Shown here in pieces: positions 26,677 through 38,041 of a stretch of DNA of 64,000 nucleotides. The translations under genes were made by a program, and so were the position numbers. The notes beneath the pieces are model-generated. The model was not told the DNA's origin, made no database searches, and worked only from the letters and a program-made list of their open reading frames with translations. Each line of letters starts with the position of its first letter. Positions within the stretch are counted from its first letter, which is position 1. The stretch is from Treponemataceae bacterium (GTDB taxonomy: Bacteria > Spirochaetota > Spirochaetia > Treponematales > Rectinemataceae). The DNA is taken from contig CAXXGJ010000006.1 of NCBI GenBank assembly GCA_963677895.2, forward strand, positions 160,001 through 224,000. The letters are read 5' to 3'.

Positions 26677-27252
26677 TTATTTTATCAGGCCGGCGAAGCC
26701 CATGAAGGCCATGCCGATCATGCTCGTCGCGATGAAGAGGATGGGCGTTCCCTGGAGGAACTTCGGCACCGGGCTCGTTCTCATCCTCTGGCGCACGCCC
26801 GCCAGCAGTATCATCGCCAGGAGATAGCCCAGCGAGACACCCACCGCGTAGACGATGGACTGGATGAAGGTATAGTTGAGGGAGATGTTCTCGAAGACTA
26901 CCGCCGAAATGGCGCAGTTCGTCGTGATCAAGGGAAGATAGATGCCCATGGCGGCGTAGAGGCCGGGGATATTCTTCTTCAGATAGAATTCCACCAGCTG
27001 GACGAGGCTTGCCACCACGAGAATGAAGATGATGATCTCGAGAAACTGAAGATGGAGTGGCGCCAGAACGAAGTGGTAGAGCGGCCAGGTGACCGCGGTG
27101 GCCATCACCGTCACGAAGGTCACGGCCATGCCCATGCCGAAGGACTGGCCCACGTCGTTCGTCATCCCGATATAGGAGCAGAGCGCGATGAAGCGCATCA
27201 GGATGATGTTGTTGATGAGCACGCTGACGATAAGGATTTTCATCAGATCCAT
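26677..27252 (-). CDS. rnfA: Rnf complex subunit A
   Basis: LGIYLPLITTNCA-like motif; operon position. Confidence 0.92.
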   Translation of the reverse strand: MDLMKILIVSVLINNIILMRFIALCSYIGMTNDVGQSFGMGMAVTFVTVMATAVTWPLYHFVLAPLHLQFLEIIIFILVVASLVQLVEFYLKKNIPGLYAAMGIYLPLITTNCAISAVVFENISLNYTFIQSIVYAVGVSLGYLLAMILLAGVRQRMRTSPVPKFLQGTPILFIATSMIGMAFMGFAGLIK

Positions 27253-27875
27253 TATGCGCTCTCCTTTGCGTCCGCTTTCTTGTTGGAGCGTCCCTTCATC
27301 CAGATGTTGAACGAGATGAAGAGGCCGAAGATGAGGAATCCGCCGGGAGGCAGAATGAAGAAGAGGATGGGCTTGTACGATTCAGGCATTACCTGGATCC
27401 CCGCGAAGGTTCCGTTGCCGAGAAGTTCGCGCAAGGCGGACATTCCCACGAGCACCCATGTGTAGCCCAGGCCCATGCCCAGGGCGTCAAAGATGGCGGG
27501 GAGAACTTTCTGCTTGTAGGAGAAAGCTTCCACGCGGCCCATGATTATGCAGTTTACGACGATGAGGGGAATGAAGACGCCCATGCTCTTGGAGAGTTCG
27601 GGAAGATAGGCCTTCATCGTAAGGTCGACGATCGTCGTGAACGCGCCGATGATGATGAGGAATATGGGCATTCGCACCGAGCTGGGGATCACTTTCCTGA
27701 AACCCGAAACGATGATCTCGGAGAAGAGGAGCACGAATGTCATCGCGAGCCCCATGCCGACGCCGTTCGATACGTTGGAGGTCACGGCGAGGGCCGAGCA
27801 AAGGCCTATCATCAGGATGAGCAGCGGATTCTCGAATACGAGCCCCGCCTTGAATACTTTCCAGAGGTTTTTCAT
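27252..27875 (-). CDS. rnfE: Rnf complex subunit E
   Basis: GLCSALAVT, IPLIVVNCIIMGR, RELLG, ILPPGGF. Confidence 0.92.
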   Translation of the reverse strand: MKNLWKVFKAGLVFENPLLILMIGLCSALAVTSNVSNGVGMGLAMTFVLLFSEIIVSGFRKVIPSSVRMPIFLIIIGAFTTIVDLTMKAYLPELSKSMGVFIPLIVVNCIIMGRVEAFSYKQKVLPAIFDALGMGLGYTWVLVGMSALRELLGNGTFAGIQVMPESYKPILFFILPPGGFLIFGLFISFNIWMKGRSNKKADAKESA

Positions 27876-27876
27876 G

Positions 27877-28545
27877 TCACTTGCCTCCCGTCGTTTCGGC
27901 GGCGGTTTCGGCTGCCGCGGGCTGGCCTTCTGTGGTCGCGGGCGCTGTCGCGGACGCGACTGTCGAATTCTCGAGCCATAGCGCGGCGGCGTCGGCGGCC
28001 GTCTTTATGATGCGCGTCAGGGATTTGGAGGTTATCGTCGACGCGGTAATGGCCACGACGTCCTTCTTGACTTCAAAGGCATCGGTGATGAACTTCCCGG
28101 CGAACTGGCCGGGGAAGGTGATCTTCTCGGCCTTCTTGACGAAATAGCCCGCGTTTTTGGCGTTGGCGCCGAGGCCGGCCGTATCGTTGAGTTCGAGAAC
28201 GCTCACGCCGGCGATGCTGCGGTTGAGGTTTACCCCAACGAGAAGCTTGGCCGCGCCGCCGTAGCTGGAGCCCGTCGCCTTTATCGCCAGCCCGAGGGGG
28301 GCGAGCGCGGATTTGACGAAGAAGGCTTGTTCGAACTTGATGCCCTCGACGCTCGAGCTGACCGTCGACGAGACATCCTCGAAGCTTTCGGCGTCGGGGA
28401 AAATATTCTTGAGCGATTCGTTCAGGGCTTTCTCGCTCTGCATCGCTATGGCCGATTCGGTGACGGAGTAGACCACGGCAAGCGCCGCGCAGCCGACCGC
28501 CGCGAAAATGGCGAGGATGAGGCCCAGCCTTGTGATTCCTTTCAT
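27877..28545 (-). CDS. rnfG: Rnf complex subunit G (FMN-binding)
   Basis: N-terminal TM, SYGG, TAGLG, ITASTITS FMN motif variant. Confidence 0.88.
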   Translation of the reverse strand: MKGITRLGLILAIFAAVGCAALAVVYSVTESAIAMQSEKALNESLKNIFPDAESFEDVSSTVSSSVEGIKFEQAFFVKSALAPLGLAIKATGSSYGGAAKLLVGVNLNRSIAGVSVLELNDTAGLGANAKNAGYFVKKAEKITFPGQFAGKFITDAFEVKKDVVAITASTITSKSLTRIIKTAADAAALWLENSTVASATAPATTEGQPAAAETAAETTGGK

Positions 28546-29552
28546 CGGGAGGCCTCCTTGGACGGTTTCGCCGGCTTGACGGGAGGCAGGTATCCGTATT
28601 TCTTCACTCTAAGCTTGTTGAGATAGGGCGTCACGATGTTCATGGTGAGGATGGCGTAGGTCACGCCCTCGGGGAATCCGCCCAATTTCCTGATCAATAT
28701 GACGAGGAGACCGATCCCCACGCCGAAGACAGCCTGGCCCAAGGGAGTAAGCGGCCTGGTCGAATAGTCGGTCGCCATGAAGAAGGCGCCGAAAACGAGA
28801 CCGCCCGACAGAACCGCGAAGAAGGGGTTCATGCCGAATATCCACGCGAAGACGAAGGCCGATCCGATCACCGAGACGGGGACGATCCACTGGACGATGC
28901 CGATCGCGATGAGGAAGATTCCGCCCAGGAGGATGAGGAGGATGGAACTCTCCCCGAGCGAGCCGGAGCGATAGCCCATGAAGAGCTGGCGCATGAAGGC
29001 GCCGACATCGGAGGCGCCGAAATAGGTGGCCACGTCGGCGAGGGACGAACCTTGTTTAATGAGAGCGAGCGGCGTGGCCGTGCTCAAGGCGTCAGCCGCG
29101 AGGGGCAGGCCGTTGGGCATGGACCAGGTGGTGATCGCCGCCGGGAAGCTCATCAATAGGAAGGCGCGGCCGATCAACGCGGGGTTGAAGGGGTTCGCGC
29201 CCAAGCCCCCGAAGAATTCCTTGGCCACGACGATCGCGAAAACGGCGCCGAGGGCGGCCATCCAGAGCGGCGTCTTGGGAGGGAGAATCAGGGCGAGCAG
29301 AAGGCCGGTGATGACGGCGGAAAAATCGCCTACCGTTGTCGTGGCCTTGATCAGCTTCCGGAAAAGGTATTCCGCGGCGACGGCCGCCGCGACGGATACG
29401 AAAACAAGGGCGAGCGCCGAAAAACCATAGAGGTATACGCCATAGCCGACGGCGGGAATCAAGGCGATGATGACGGAGAGCATCATGCGCGAGGTGGTCA
29501 CCGGCGTGAACGAATGGGGGCTCGAAGAGAGCAACATGCCTTTAGCGGGCAT
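28542..29552 (-). CDS. rnfD: Rnf complex subunit D
   Basis: SSPH, FGGLGANPFNPALIGR, STATPL, FFMATD. Confidence 0.93.
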   Translation of the reverse strand: MPAKGMLLSSSPHSFTPVTTSRMMLSVIIALIPAVGYGVYLYGFSALALVFVSVAAAVAAEYLFRKLIKATTTVGDFSAVITGLLLALILPPKTPLWMAALGAVFAIVVAKEFFGGLGANPFNPALIGRAFLLMSFPAAITTWSMPNGLPLAADALSTATPLALIKQGSSLADVATYFGASDVGAFMRQLFMGYRSGSLGESSILLILLGGIFLIAIGIVQWIVPVSVIGSAFVFAWIFGMNPFFAVLSGGLVFGAFFMATDYSTRPLTPLGQAVFGVGIGLLVILIRKLGGFPEGVTYAILTMNIVTPYLNKLRVKKYGYLPPVKPAKPSKEASR

Positions 29553-30924
29553 TCTGGGCCTCCTTTTGCTTCAATGCGCGAAGAACCTGCTTGCCTACCC
29601 TGAAGCGCTGCACCAGATGGCGATGCGCCGGGCATACGAAGGAACAGGTTCCGCATTCGATACAGTCAAGGAGTCCGATCTTTTCGGCTTCCTTATAGTC
29701 TTCTTCCTCTATCGCCACGGCGAGAAGGGCGGGCGACAGCCTGCAGGAGCAGGCTCTCATGCATCTGCCGCAGCGGATGCATGTTTCCTCGTCGTAGTGC
29801 CTCGCTTCCTCGGCGTTGAGAAGAAGCACGCCGGAAGTGTTTTTCTGGACGGGAATCTGATAGTTGGGAACGGCGACGCCCATCATGGGACCGCCGTAGA
29901 TGATCATCGCGAGCGCCGCTTCGTCCACCTGGGCGAGTCCCGCGGCGATAATGTCGGCGACGGGAGTGCCAATCGGCGCGATCACGTTTACCGGCTTCGT
30001 GCATGCTCCGCCCGAAATCGTAAGCCCGCGCTCTATGAGAGGCTTGCCTTCCTTGAAGGCGTCCACCATGGCGCAAAGCGATCCGATATTTTGGACAACG
30101 CAGCCGACATCCATGGGAAGCCCGCCGGAGGGGACTTCCTTGCCGGTTATCGCCGCGATCAGCATTTTTTCGCCGCCCTGGGGATACTTCGTTTTCAGCA
30201 GCTGGACGCGGATTTTCATGCCAGCGCGCGTGCGCGGGCTGGAGGCTATCGCCTTTTCGAGGAGGGGAATGGCGTGAGCCTTGTTTTCCTCCACGGCGAT
30301 GATGCCTTCAGGGGCATTCACGATTTTCATCGTGATGGCCACGCCTTCGACCACATCCTCGGGACGCTCGATCATCGTCCGCTCGTCAATCGTCAGGAAA
30401 GGTTCGCACTCGGCTCCGTTCGCGATCACGAAGGAGATGGGTTTGGAGGGGGCCAGCTTTACGTGCACGGGAAAGCCCGCGCCGCCCATGCCCACGATTC
30501 CCGCCGCGCGGACGCGAGCCAGGGCCTCTTCCTTCGTGCAGCTGAATACATCGAGCGGCGGCATGAAATCGACGAGATCTTCCGGTGCCGGCGCCGCCTG
30601 TCCCTCTGCCGGAGGAGGCAGGGCTTCGATGATGATGCAGGGGCCATCGTTGTTGTTGGACTGGGTTCTCGGTTCGATCTTCTTGACGACGCCGGCTATG
30701 GGGGAATGGACGGGTACCGTCATTCTGCCATCGGCATCGGCAATTTTCTGCCCGCGTTTCACAATATCGCCGACCTTGACCAAAGCCTGGAGCGGAGCTC
30801 CGAAGTGCTGGTTAACGGGGACGACGACTTGTTTAACCTCGCGCAGACGTTCGACCGCAAGGCCGCTCGAACGGTCTTTTCTCTCGGGTGGGTGTGCTCC
30901 ACCTTTAAAGGTCTTTACTGTCAT
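29542..30924 (-). CDS. rnfC: Rnf complex subunit C
   Basis: GIVGMGGAGFP, NGAECEP, KYPQGGEK, GGPMMG, CIRCGRC, CIECGTCSFVCP. Confidence 0.95.
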   Translation of the reverse strand: MTVKTFKGGAHPPERKDRSSGLAVERLREVKQVVVPVNQHFGAPLQALVKVGDIVKRGQKIADADGRMTVPVHSPIAGVVKKIEPRTQSNNNDGPCIIIEALPPPAEGQAAPAPEDLVDFMPPLDVFSCTKEEALARVRAAGIVGMGGAGFPVHVKLAPSKPISFVIANGAECEPFLTIDERTMIERPEDVVEGVAITMKIVNAPEGIIAVEENKAHAIPLLEKAIASSPRTRAGMKIRVQLLKTKYPQGGEKMLIAAITGKEVPSGGLPMDVGCVVQNIGSLCAMVDAFKEGKPLIERGLTISGGACTKPVNVIAPIGTPVADIIAAGLAQVDEAALAMIIYGGPMMGVAVPNYQIPVQKNTSGVLLLNAEEARHYDEETCIRCGRCMRACSCRLSPALLAVAIEEEDYKEAEKIGLLDCIECGTCSFVCPAHRHLVQRFRVGKQVLRALKQKEAQNAR

Positions 30925-31130
30925 GGCGGAAAAAATCTCCTTTGCAGGTAATATCCGCTTTCGTGCGTGTCCCGTCGAAAATGAAAAGTGGACACGATGA
31001 ATGGGTGGGAAATCGCGAAATTCTAACCCAAATAATAAAGAACGGTCAAGCCGGAAAGTATGGAAATGTATTTATAAGTCTTTATATCATCTATGATAAG
31101 CGTCGCTTTTTTCGATATTATATTATCTAT

Positions 31131-31171
31131 AAAAAAAGCCGGCTTAAACCCTCAAGGGGAAGCCGGCTTTT
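31131..31171. terminator. Terminator after jag
   Basis: AAAAGCCGGCTT / AAGCCGGCTTTT. Confidence 0.75.
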
Positions 31172-31205
31172 CAATGGCATCCGGAGAGGATGCGCTACCG
31201 TCTGG

Positions 31206-31943
31206 TTACTTTCTGCCGCGGAACATCACGCGGACCTGCTTGTAAAGGCCTTCGCCTTCGCTCTTCGTCTCGATGTCGACGATGTCGTTCAACGTCGTGT
31301 GGATGATTCGGCGCTCGAAGGGATTCATCGGCTCCAGCAGGATCGAGCGTCCGGTCCTCCGCACCTGTTCGGCGGATTCATAGGCTATGCGGACGAGGGA
31401 TTCTTCCCTGCGGATCCTGTAGTTCTCTGAATCCAGGATGACTTTTATGTCTTCCCTGCCGAGCTTTCCGGCATAGACATTGGCCAGGAGCTGAAGGGCG
31501 TCGATATTCTTGCCCTTCTTGCCGATGATCATCGAGGTGTTTTCCGTCTCGATCTTCAGGCCAACCTTCTTCTCTTCCCTGAAGAGGACAGATACCTTGG
31601 CGGGATAGCCCATTTTGCCGACCACTTCCGTCGTCCATGCCACCATCTTCGTCTCGAACTCATCGATCGGCATCTTTTCCGCGTCGGAAAGCGGAGCGCG
31701 TTCGATCGGCGAGGAAGCCGAAGCGGCGGGAGCGGAGGAAGCAGCCTGCGGCGCCATGGCCGGATTCTTCGGCTCGGCTTCGCTAGTATGCACCCTGATC
31801 CGCACTTTTCCCTTCTTGAACAGACCCCCGGAGAGGGACTCCAGGATCTCCACGTCGAACTCGTCCGTTTCCAGTCCGAGTTCCGAGGCGGCAAGCTCGA
31901 TAGCCTCACGCTCCGTCTTGCCTTCAAATTCATATATCATCAC
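31206..31943 (-). CDS. jag: RNA-binding protein Jag/KhpB/EloR
   Basis: Jag_N, KH (IIGKKG) and R3H (ERRIIH) domains; follows yidC. Confidence 0.92.
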   Translation of the reverse strand: MMIYEFEGKTEREAIELAASELGLETDEFDVEILESLSGGLFKKGKVRIRVHTSEAEPKNPAMAPQAASSAPAASASSPIERAPLSDAEKMPIDEFETKMVAWTTEVVGKMGYPAKVSVLFREEKKVGLKIETENTSMIIGKKGKNIDALQLLANVYAGKLGREDIKVILDSENYRIRREESLVRIAYESAEQVRRTGRSILLEPMNPFERRIIHTTLNDIVDIETKSEGEGLYKQVRVMFRGRK

Positions 31944-31985
31944 GAATCTCCTAAAGAGAGGGATATTACTTGCTCGCGGTCAGCC

Positions 31986-34076
31986 TCAACGCTTCTTTCC
32001 GCCCTGTTTTCCGGTTTTTCCGTCGCCTGACGAAGCCCCGGGTTTCTGATCCTTGGCCGCCCTGCCCGCATCCGCGGCGTTGCTTGCCTCGGCTCCCTTT
32101 TTCTCGAGCCAGTTCTTCACCTTTTCGCTGAATCCTTCGGCGGAAGCCGGAGCAGCGCCGCGAACGGTGGTCTTCCCGGCGCTCTTCATGGCGATGGAAC
32201 CGCCCTGAACGGGCCTGCCCGCGGGAGCCTTGGCCGCCGCCAGCTTGTGATTCTTAAGCATATTGTTGATGACCATCTGCTGGAGAATCGTCAGGACGTT
32301 GCTTACGATCCAGTAGAGAAGCAGACCGGACGGAACGTCATAGAGCACGAAGAAGAACATGATAGGCATTCCGTACATCATAAGTTTCATCTGGCTGGCG
32401 CTCTGGCCGGGGCTTTGCGTGCTCTGGGTGAACTTGCCATACAAAAGCTGGCTTGCCAAATAAATGATGGGCAATGCCCTCAAATCGCTCCAACCGACGA
32501 GCGGAAGCTTGAAAGTACCGAAATTCCAGATGGATTCGGGGAGGGAAAGATCGCCGATCCAGCCCGCGATGAAGCTCGCGCCCCTGAGGTCGAAGTGATT
32601 GTTGAACAGGTTGTACATGGCGATGAAAAGCGGGAACTGTATGAGCATGGGGAGGCAGCCGGACATCGGATTGTAATTTTCCGACTTGTAGAACTCGGCC
32701 ATTTCCTGGTTCAGCTTCTGGGGATTGGACTTGTACTTGGCCTGCAGCTCCTGAATCTTGGGCTGGAGTTCCTGCATCCTGGCGGTGGAGATGGAACTCT
32801 TCTTCGTGAGCGGGAAGAAGAGAGCCTTTATGATGATGGTCACTATGATTATGGCCACGCCGTAATTCGGGATGAGCTTATAGGAAATATTCAGGAGAAA
32901 CTTGAGGATGGTCTCGAGCCAGCCCAGGAGGTTCGAACGCTCGGTCGCGTCCTCCAGGCGCATTCCCTGCAGCCCGAAGGCGTTCTTGTCGGAATACTCG
33001 TACTTGGCGAGCTCGCCGGCCGTTCTCGGTCCGAAGTAGAAATAATACTTGTCGGTCTGGCTGGATGAATTGATGACAGGCCTGGAGAGATACATCGTAT
33101 TCGTCTGCTTGATCGTCTGGTCCTGGGCTTGGAGGTAGCTGAAGGTAGCGAAGGGCGCTTCGGGTATCGCGATGAACGCGAAGTATTTCCCGGCGAGGGC
33201 GCCCCAGGTCGGCTGTTCTTTGATGACCTGGAAATTGCCCGCCTTCGCCGTCTCGAGCTTCTTCTTGCCGTTGACCTCGAGGATGTATTTCCTGTAGTCG
33301 GCGTTCTTCGGAAGATGATCGAAGCGGGGACCGATCTGCGGTCCGATGGAAAGCGTATAGGCGGTGCCGTTCGTATTCAGGGGAATCTGCGCGCCGTTGG
33401 CGCCCTCGAGGGTAACCGCCATGGCGAAGAGATACTCGCCGTCGCGGAAGGTGAAAGCTTTCCTATAAGTAAAGGGGATCAGCTCGCCCGTTCCGTTGGC
33501 CTTCGCGTAGAAGGTTCTGGAGAACTGTATCGTCTTCCTCTCCCCGTCGAGCCAGGTGACGTTCATCAATTCCTTGACAGGAAAGGCGTCCTGGGCTCCG
33601 AAGGCAAGCGAAACGCCGCTGGAGCCTTTTTCGCCCGGCACGATCAGGTCCACATAGCCGTCTTTGTCTTTGTGCGCTTTAAGCTTGAGGGAGACGATGT
33701 CGCCGCCGGCGTTGCTCAAAACCGCCTTGAGAAGATCGGTTTCGATCGTGTAGGTGGATTCGGCCTGGGGTACGGGAATCGCGGCCAGGCTCGCGTCCGC
33801 GCCCGCCGAAAGGGCTGGCGCTTCCGCCGCCACGACCGGCGCGGACTGCGTCGTCACCACGGTGGCCGCCGGCGTGAGCACCTGCCCGGCCTGCGTCGTC
33901 ACGACTTGCTGGTTCGTGGTCTGCTGAGTCTGGGCTTGCTGGGGAGCGGGCGGGAAAATGGCGTTCTGGACAATAAAGCCAACGCCCACGATCAGGGTCG
34001 ACAGCACTACCGCAATGATGGTGCGCCTGCTCTCTTCTTTGGTCTGGGATCCGTCGTTCAGATTGAATATGCTCAT
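31986..34076 (-). CDS. yidC: Membrane protein insertase YidC
   Basis: [38 protein letters not shown]. Confidence 0.95.
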   Translation of the reverse strand: MSIFNLNDGSQTKEESRRTIIAVVLSTLIVGVGFIVQNAIFPPAPQQAQTQQTTNQQVVTTQAGQVLTPAATVVTTQSAPVVAAEAPALSAGADASLAAIPVPQAESTYTIETDLLKAVLSNAGGDIVSLKLKAHKDKDGYVDLIVPGEKGSSGVSLAFGAQDAFPVKELMNVTWLDGERKTIQFSRTFYAKANGTGELIPFTYRKAFTFRDGEYLFAMAVTLEGANGAQIPLNTNGTAYTLSIGPQIGPRFDHLPKNADYRKYILEVNGKKKLETAKAGNFQVIKEQPTWGALAGKYFAFIAIPEAPFATFSYLQAQDQTIKQTNTMYLSRPVINSSSQTDKYYFYFGPRTAGELAKYEYSDKNAFGLQGMRLEDATERSNLLGWLETILKFLLNISYKLIPNYGVAIIIVTIIIKALFFPLTKKSSISTARMQELQPKIQELQAKYKSNPQKLNQEMAEFYKSENYNPMSGCLPMLIQFPLFIAMYNLFNNHFDLRGASFIAGWIGDLSLPESIWNFGTFKLPLVGWSDLRALPIIYLASQLLYGKFTQSTQSPGQSASQMKLMMYGMPIMFFFVLYDVPSGLLLYWIVSNVLTILQQMVINNMLKNHKLAAAKAPAGRPVQGGSIAMKSAGKTTVRGAAPASAEGFSEKVKNWLEKKGAEASNAADAGRAAKDQKPGASSGDGKTGKQGGKKR

Positions 34077-34303
34077 GGTATTGGGTCAAAACCTCCCGGG
34101 TTTCTGGGATGACATCGTAAAATCCTCTTGACGGCAAGGTATCCGCCCTTGAAAGGTCCATACTTGGCGATTGCCTGGTAAGAATAGGCGGAACAGGTGG
34201 GATAAAACCTGCAGGACGGAGGAAAGAGAGGGGAAATGAGTATCTGGTAGAGCTTGATGAGGACGAGGAATGGAAATGAAAGTATCTTTCTCAGCACATT
34301 CAT
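34073..34303 (-). CDS. yidD: Membrane protein insertion efficiency factor YidD
   Basis: [22 protein letters not shown]. Confidence 0.95.
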   Translation of the reverse strand: MNVLRKILSFPFLVLIKLYQILISPLFPPSCRFYPTCSAYSYQAIAKYGPFKGGYLAVKRILRCHPRNPGGFDPIP

Positions 34304-34650
34304 CGCACTAACCCCGCCTTACGAAGAAGCAGGAGCATCAGGCCGGAACACTCCGCGAAACTGTCGTATTCTGGGTACAGCACGAAGGCCACATCGCTGC
34401 CGGGGGCAATTCTCTGCTTGTTGATACGCCACACTTCACGGGCAATCCGTTTTGCCCTGTTGCGTTGTACCGCCCCTTCAAACGAACGTACGGCGACAAA
34501 AACCGCCCGGCTCCTGCCAAGGGAATTTCGCGCGACGCGAAGAACCATCCCTTTGCAGGAATACCGGGCGCCTGTGCGGAAAATCCGGTCAATTTCCGAT
34601 TTGGTCCGAACTTTCTCGGACTTCGGAAAATCCTGTCTCGTTTTTTCCAT
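34300..34650 (-). CDS. rnpA: Ribonuclease P protein component
   Basis: [13 protein letters not shown] (RNR motif); start MEKTRQ at 34650. Confidence 0.9.
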   Translation of the reverse strand: MEKTRQDFPKSEKVRTKSEIDRIFRTGARYSCKGMVLRVARNSLGRSRAVFVAVRSFEGAVQRNRAKRIAREVWRINKQRIAPGSDVAFVLYPEYDSFAECSGLMLLLLRKAGLVR

Positions 34651-34672
34651 ATCCCCATCCGGGGACATTCCG

Positions 34673-34828
34673 TCAATACTTCTTGTTCTCGTCGGCGACG
34701 CTGAGCTTGATCCGTCCCTTCGCTCTTCTTCTCTTGAGAACAAGGCGACCGCCCTTCGTGCTCATGCGGGCGCGAAAGCCAAATTTCCTGTTTCTCTTGG
34801 TTCTGCTGGGTTGATAGGTGCGCTTCAT
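34673..34828 (-). CDS. rpmH: 50S ribosomal protein L34
   Basis: Below the ORF-track cutoff; [51 protein letters not shown]. Confidence 0.97.
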   Translation of the reverse strand: MKRTYQPSRTKRNRKFGFRARMSTKGGRLVLKRRRAKGRIKLSVADENKKY

Positions 34829-35016
34829 GGCAACTTGCTCCTTATCCTATAGGCGACAGCGCGCGAACGCCGGTCGATTTCTGTTTCAGCCCCTTCGGGT
34901 CTACGGGCACACGTGAGGCAGGTTCGTGAGTATAAAACGATGGACCCGGCTTCGTCAATTGGCCATGATGCGGCATCCCCCTCCGCGCGCAACGCGCAAC
35001 GGACGCGGCTATAGCC

Positions 35017-35520
35017 CTATTTGTTGATGTTTTTCCTTATTCGGGCAAACATGGCCACCATATCTTGTGGAAGCTTTGTCTCATGGCCGGCTTTTTCGTC
35101 CATGGCTTTTTCGGCTTCCTTTTCTACTTCCTTTTCGGCCGCCGTTTCCGGGGCGGATTCGGGAGGACGGAGGCCCGAAACCCGTCCGGGCATCGAGGCC
35201 GAGGCGCTCGCCGACACCCCGCTCTCGCCAAGCCTGAAGGCGATGCCGCGAATCTTCAGGTCGGGATAGCGCCGCTGTATTTCCTCGAGGATCCTGTCCT
35301 GCTGGAGCTGGAGCAGCTGCATCCACCCCTGATGCTCGGTCTCCACGATCAGAATGCCGTGCCTGATGTCGGCCGGCTTGGAATGCTCGCCCAGCCTGGA
35401 GCCGGCTATGAGCTTCCAGGAATTCCCGAAACCTGAATACAGTTCCCCCTTTTTGACCATATCCTGGTCGAAGAACGAAGAGAGAAGTTCAGAGACTGTC
35501 TTGATTCTGGAATCGGCCAT
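35017..35520 (-). CDS. dciA: DUF721/DciA-family helicase-operating protein
   Basis: W..IAG..LGEHS.P..IRHG.L.V...H.GW.Q.L; follows recF. Confidence 0.8.
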   Translation of the reverse strand: MADSRIKTVSELLSSFFDQDMVKKGELYSGFGNSWKLIAGSRLGEHSKPADIRHGILIVETEHQGWMQLLQLQQDRILEEIQRRYPDLKIRGIAFRLGESGVSASASASMPGRVSGLRPPESAPETAAEKEVEKEAEKAMDEKAGHETKLPQDMVAMFARIRKNINK

Positions 35521-36634
35521 GGCTCACCTTATACACGATCGTATCCCCGTTCCCGTACTCCGTCCACGGTTCCTCGGGCAGAAAGGTGAAGAAAGCCTGA
35601 GCGCCTTGTCCCGGACCGGGCAGAAGATCCAGGAATCTCCGGCGCCTTCCCACGTCCAATTCCAGGAGCACGTCGTCCAGAAGAAGAACGGGCCACCGGG
35701 AAGCTTGGCTGGCGCGCGCCGCTTGGTCGGCGCAGGCTGCCTGGCCGGCGTAGGCCCGCGCCTCTATGACGCGCAATATGAGGGAAACGAGCCTCAGCTG
35801 GCCGGTGGAAGCCCTGTCCGTGAACACTTCGCCATCGCAGGAGAAGTTCCAGCGGTCCCGGTGGGGCCCCGTCCTCGTTGTGCCGAAGAGCACCTCGCTC
35901 TCCCTTCTCGCCGCCAGGAGTTCGACCGCGGAATCCAGGGAAGAATCCTGGGGCCAATTGGACGCGTAGGTCAGATCGACCTTCCGGCCAAGCAGCGCCA
36001 CCGATTCATAGAGACCGGGAAACTCCTCCTGGAAACGAAGGTGCAGGGCTCGCCTCGCCTTCATGAGTTCCAGACCGTAGGAAACGAAGAGGGGATCCAT
36101 GGCCTCGAGCAGGTCGTAGGCGCTTTCCTTCAGGGCGGCGTTCCTCTGCTTGAGAATTCTCTTGTACGATCGCAGAACATCGATGTAGGAAAGCGAAAGC
36201 ATGCCGGCGCATTGGTCGAAAAAAAAGCGCCGCCTTTCGGGATCGCCGGCGGCGAAGCTGAAGTCCTCGTGGCAGAAAACCACGGCGGGATTGTGGAATA
36301 CGAGCTCCTTCCTGTCCCTGAGCGGTTTGCCGTTCAGCCGGATGTCCTTCACGGAACCCTCCACGCGGACGGAAATCTCCTCATCCAAGGCCGAATCCCC
36401 GCCTGAAGCCGACCAGAGCCCTGTCAGGCCGAAGCCGGAAGCGCCGGCGGCTGGTATCTGCGCGTCCACGAGACCGCGAAAAGACGCCCCATAGCAGAGA
36501 AAATAAAGAGCTTCCAGGAAATTGGTCTTTCCCTGTCCGTTTTCCCCTATGAGGAATATTTTTTCGGCGTCAACGTCGATTTCCCCGTCTTCGAGATTAC
36601 GGAACGAAGCGAAGCGGGCGCGCTTGAAAGGCAT
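35489..36634 (-). CDS. recF: DNA replication/repair protein RecF
   Basis: FRNL, GENGQGKTN, GPHRD, STGQ, LLLDDVLLELD. Confidence 0.95.
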   Translation of the reverse strand: MPFKRARFASFRNLEDGEIDVDAEKIFLIGENGQGKTNFLEALYFLCYGASFRGLVDAQIPAAGASGFGLTGLWSASGGDSALDEEISVRVEGSVKDIRLNGKPLRDRKELVFHNPAVVFCHEDFSFAAGDPERRRFFFDQCAGMLSLSYIDVLRSYKRILKQRNAALKESAYDLLEAMDPLFVSYGLELMKARRALHLRFQEEFPGLYESVALLGRKVDLTYASNWPQDSSLDSAVELLAARRESEVLFGTTRTGPHRDRWNFSCDGEVFTDRASTGQLRLVSLILRVIEARAYAGQAACADQAARASQASRWPVLLLDDVLLELDVGRRRRFLDLLPGPGQGAQAFFTFLPEEPWTEYGNGDTIVYKVSHGRFQNQDSL

Positions 36635-37740
36635 CAGTCAATCTGCATCGGCATTACAATATGGAAATAGTCCCCCCTCGGTTCGGGCCTGAGCGTGATG
36701 GCGCGCGAGGGGTCGCTGAATTCCACGACGAAATTCTCGGAATCGAGGACGCGCAGCGGCTCCTCGACGTACCTGTAGTTCAACGCGATGGTCGTATCCT
36801 CGCCCTCGTACTCGCAGGGAATTTCCTCGCGCGCGGCGCCTATCTCGCTTTCCTCGGAAGAAAGGATGAGTCCCTCCCCCGACAGGGAGAAGAAGGTCCT
36901 GTTGGATTTCTGTTCCACGAAAATAGAGACGCGCTTGAGGGCTTCCATCAGGTCGGCCTTCTTCACGGAGAAAGAGAATTTCTGGCTCTGCGGTATGACC
37001 TTCTGGTAGTTGGGGAACTGTCCCTCGATAAGAACGCTCGAAATCTGGTAGCTGTTGAAGCGGAAGAAAATGCTCTTGTCGGTGATGGCCATGGAAATCA
37101 TGCCTTCGTCGGAAAGCCGCTTGTTTATGATGCCGAGAACCTTCGTCGGGATGATGACGGGCCTGAAATCAGGAATATTGGCTTCGAACTCGTTCTTGAC
37201 GAAGGCAAGGCGGCGTCCGTCCGTGGAGACCATGACGATCGCGCCCTCGGGAGTCTTTTCCATGAACACGCCGTTCATGAAATAGCGTGTTTCGTCGGTG
37301 GAGACCGAAAAAATGGTCTGCGTAATCATCCGCTTGAACTCGCGGGCGGGGATATCGAAGAAAAGCTCAGGTTCGGCCCTGGGCAGTTCGGGGAATTTTT
37401 CGCCCGACAGCGTCTTCAGCTGGAAACGGACCTTTCTCGCCACCGGCTTGAGCACGACCCTTCCGTCATCCTGTTCGACGGTGAGATCGCCGTCGGGAAG
37501 CGAGGAGAGAATTCCGGTAAGCTTATCGCAAAATACCGTAAGGGAACCCGGAACCACATCGCCGACCGGTATGGAAGTCTCGAAACTTACCTTCACGTCG
37601 GTGGCCCTGATCAGCAATTTCGAATCAGAAGCTTCAAGAAACACATTGGACATTATGGACAAAGCGTTTTTCGATGCTATCACTTCCTGGGCAAAGGCAA
37701 TTTCACGAAAAAGGCTGGTCTTATCGCAGGTAAATTTCAT
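36634..37740 (-). CDS. dnaN: DNA polymerase III beta clamp
   Basis: ATD, STDGRRLA, LIEGQFPNYQKVIP, IVMPM. Confidence 0.97.
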   Translation of the reverse strand: MKFTCDKTSLFREIAFAQEVIASKNALSIMSNVFLEASDSKLLIRATDVKVSFETSIPVGDVVPGSLTVFCDKLTGILSSLPDGDLTVEQDDGRVVLKPVARKVRFQLKTLSGEKFPELPRAEPELFFDIPAREFKRMITQTIFSVSTDETRYFMNGVFMEKTPEGAIVMVSTDGRRLAFVKNEFEANIPDFRPVIIPTKVLGIINKRLSDEGMISMAITDKSIFFRFNSYQISSVLIEGQFPNYQKVIPQSQKFSFSVKKADLMEALKRVSIFVEQKSNRTFFSLSGEGLILSSEESEIGAAREEIPCEYEGEDTTIALNYRYVEEPLRVLDSENFVVEFSDPSRAITLRPEPRGDYFHIVMPMQID

Positions 37741-37866
37741 CGGATCCCCCTGAGATGATATATATAGGTTTTATTCTACCAGAACTTCGTTCATTTTGAA
37801 ACAGTTCTACCTCTCTTTTTTCTTTTCCCTCTCTCTATTGATTCTTTATATAGCTTTATAAAAGAG

Positions 37867-38005
37867 TAATAATAGTAATAAGGAACCAAGATATGTGGAT
37901 AACTCATTTAATTGCATAGCGGCAATAAGAATATATACTGTGCAAAACCTGTTGACAGGGCGTTGTCTTTATCCACAGTATCCACCGCTTCCCTGGTTAT
38001 CCACA
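37867..38005. other. oriC sub-region between dnaA and dnaN: DnaA-trios plus DnaA boxes
   Basis: TAA-TAA-TAG-TAA-TAA at 37867-37881; TGTGGATAA 37894-37902; TTATCCACA 37969-37977 and 37997-38005; GTATCCACC 37978-37986. Confidence 0.88.
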
Positions 38006-38041
38006 ACCCGAAGGCGGTTCTGCACCGTTTATAAAGGACTT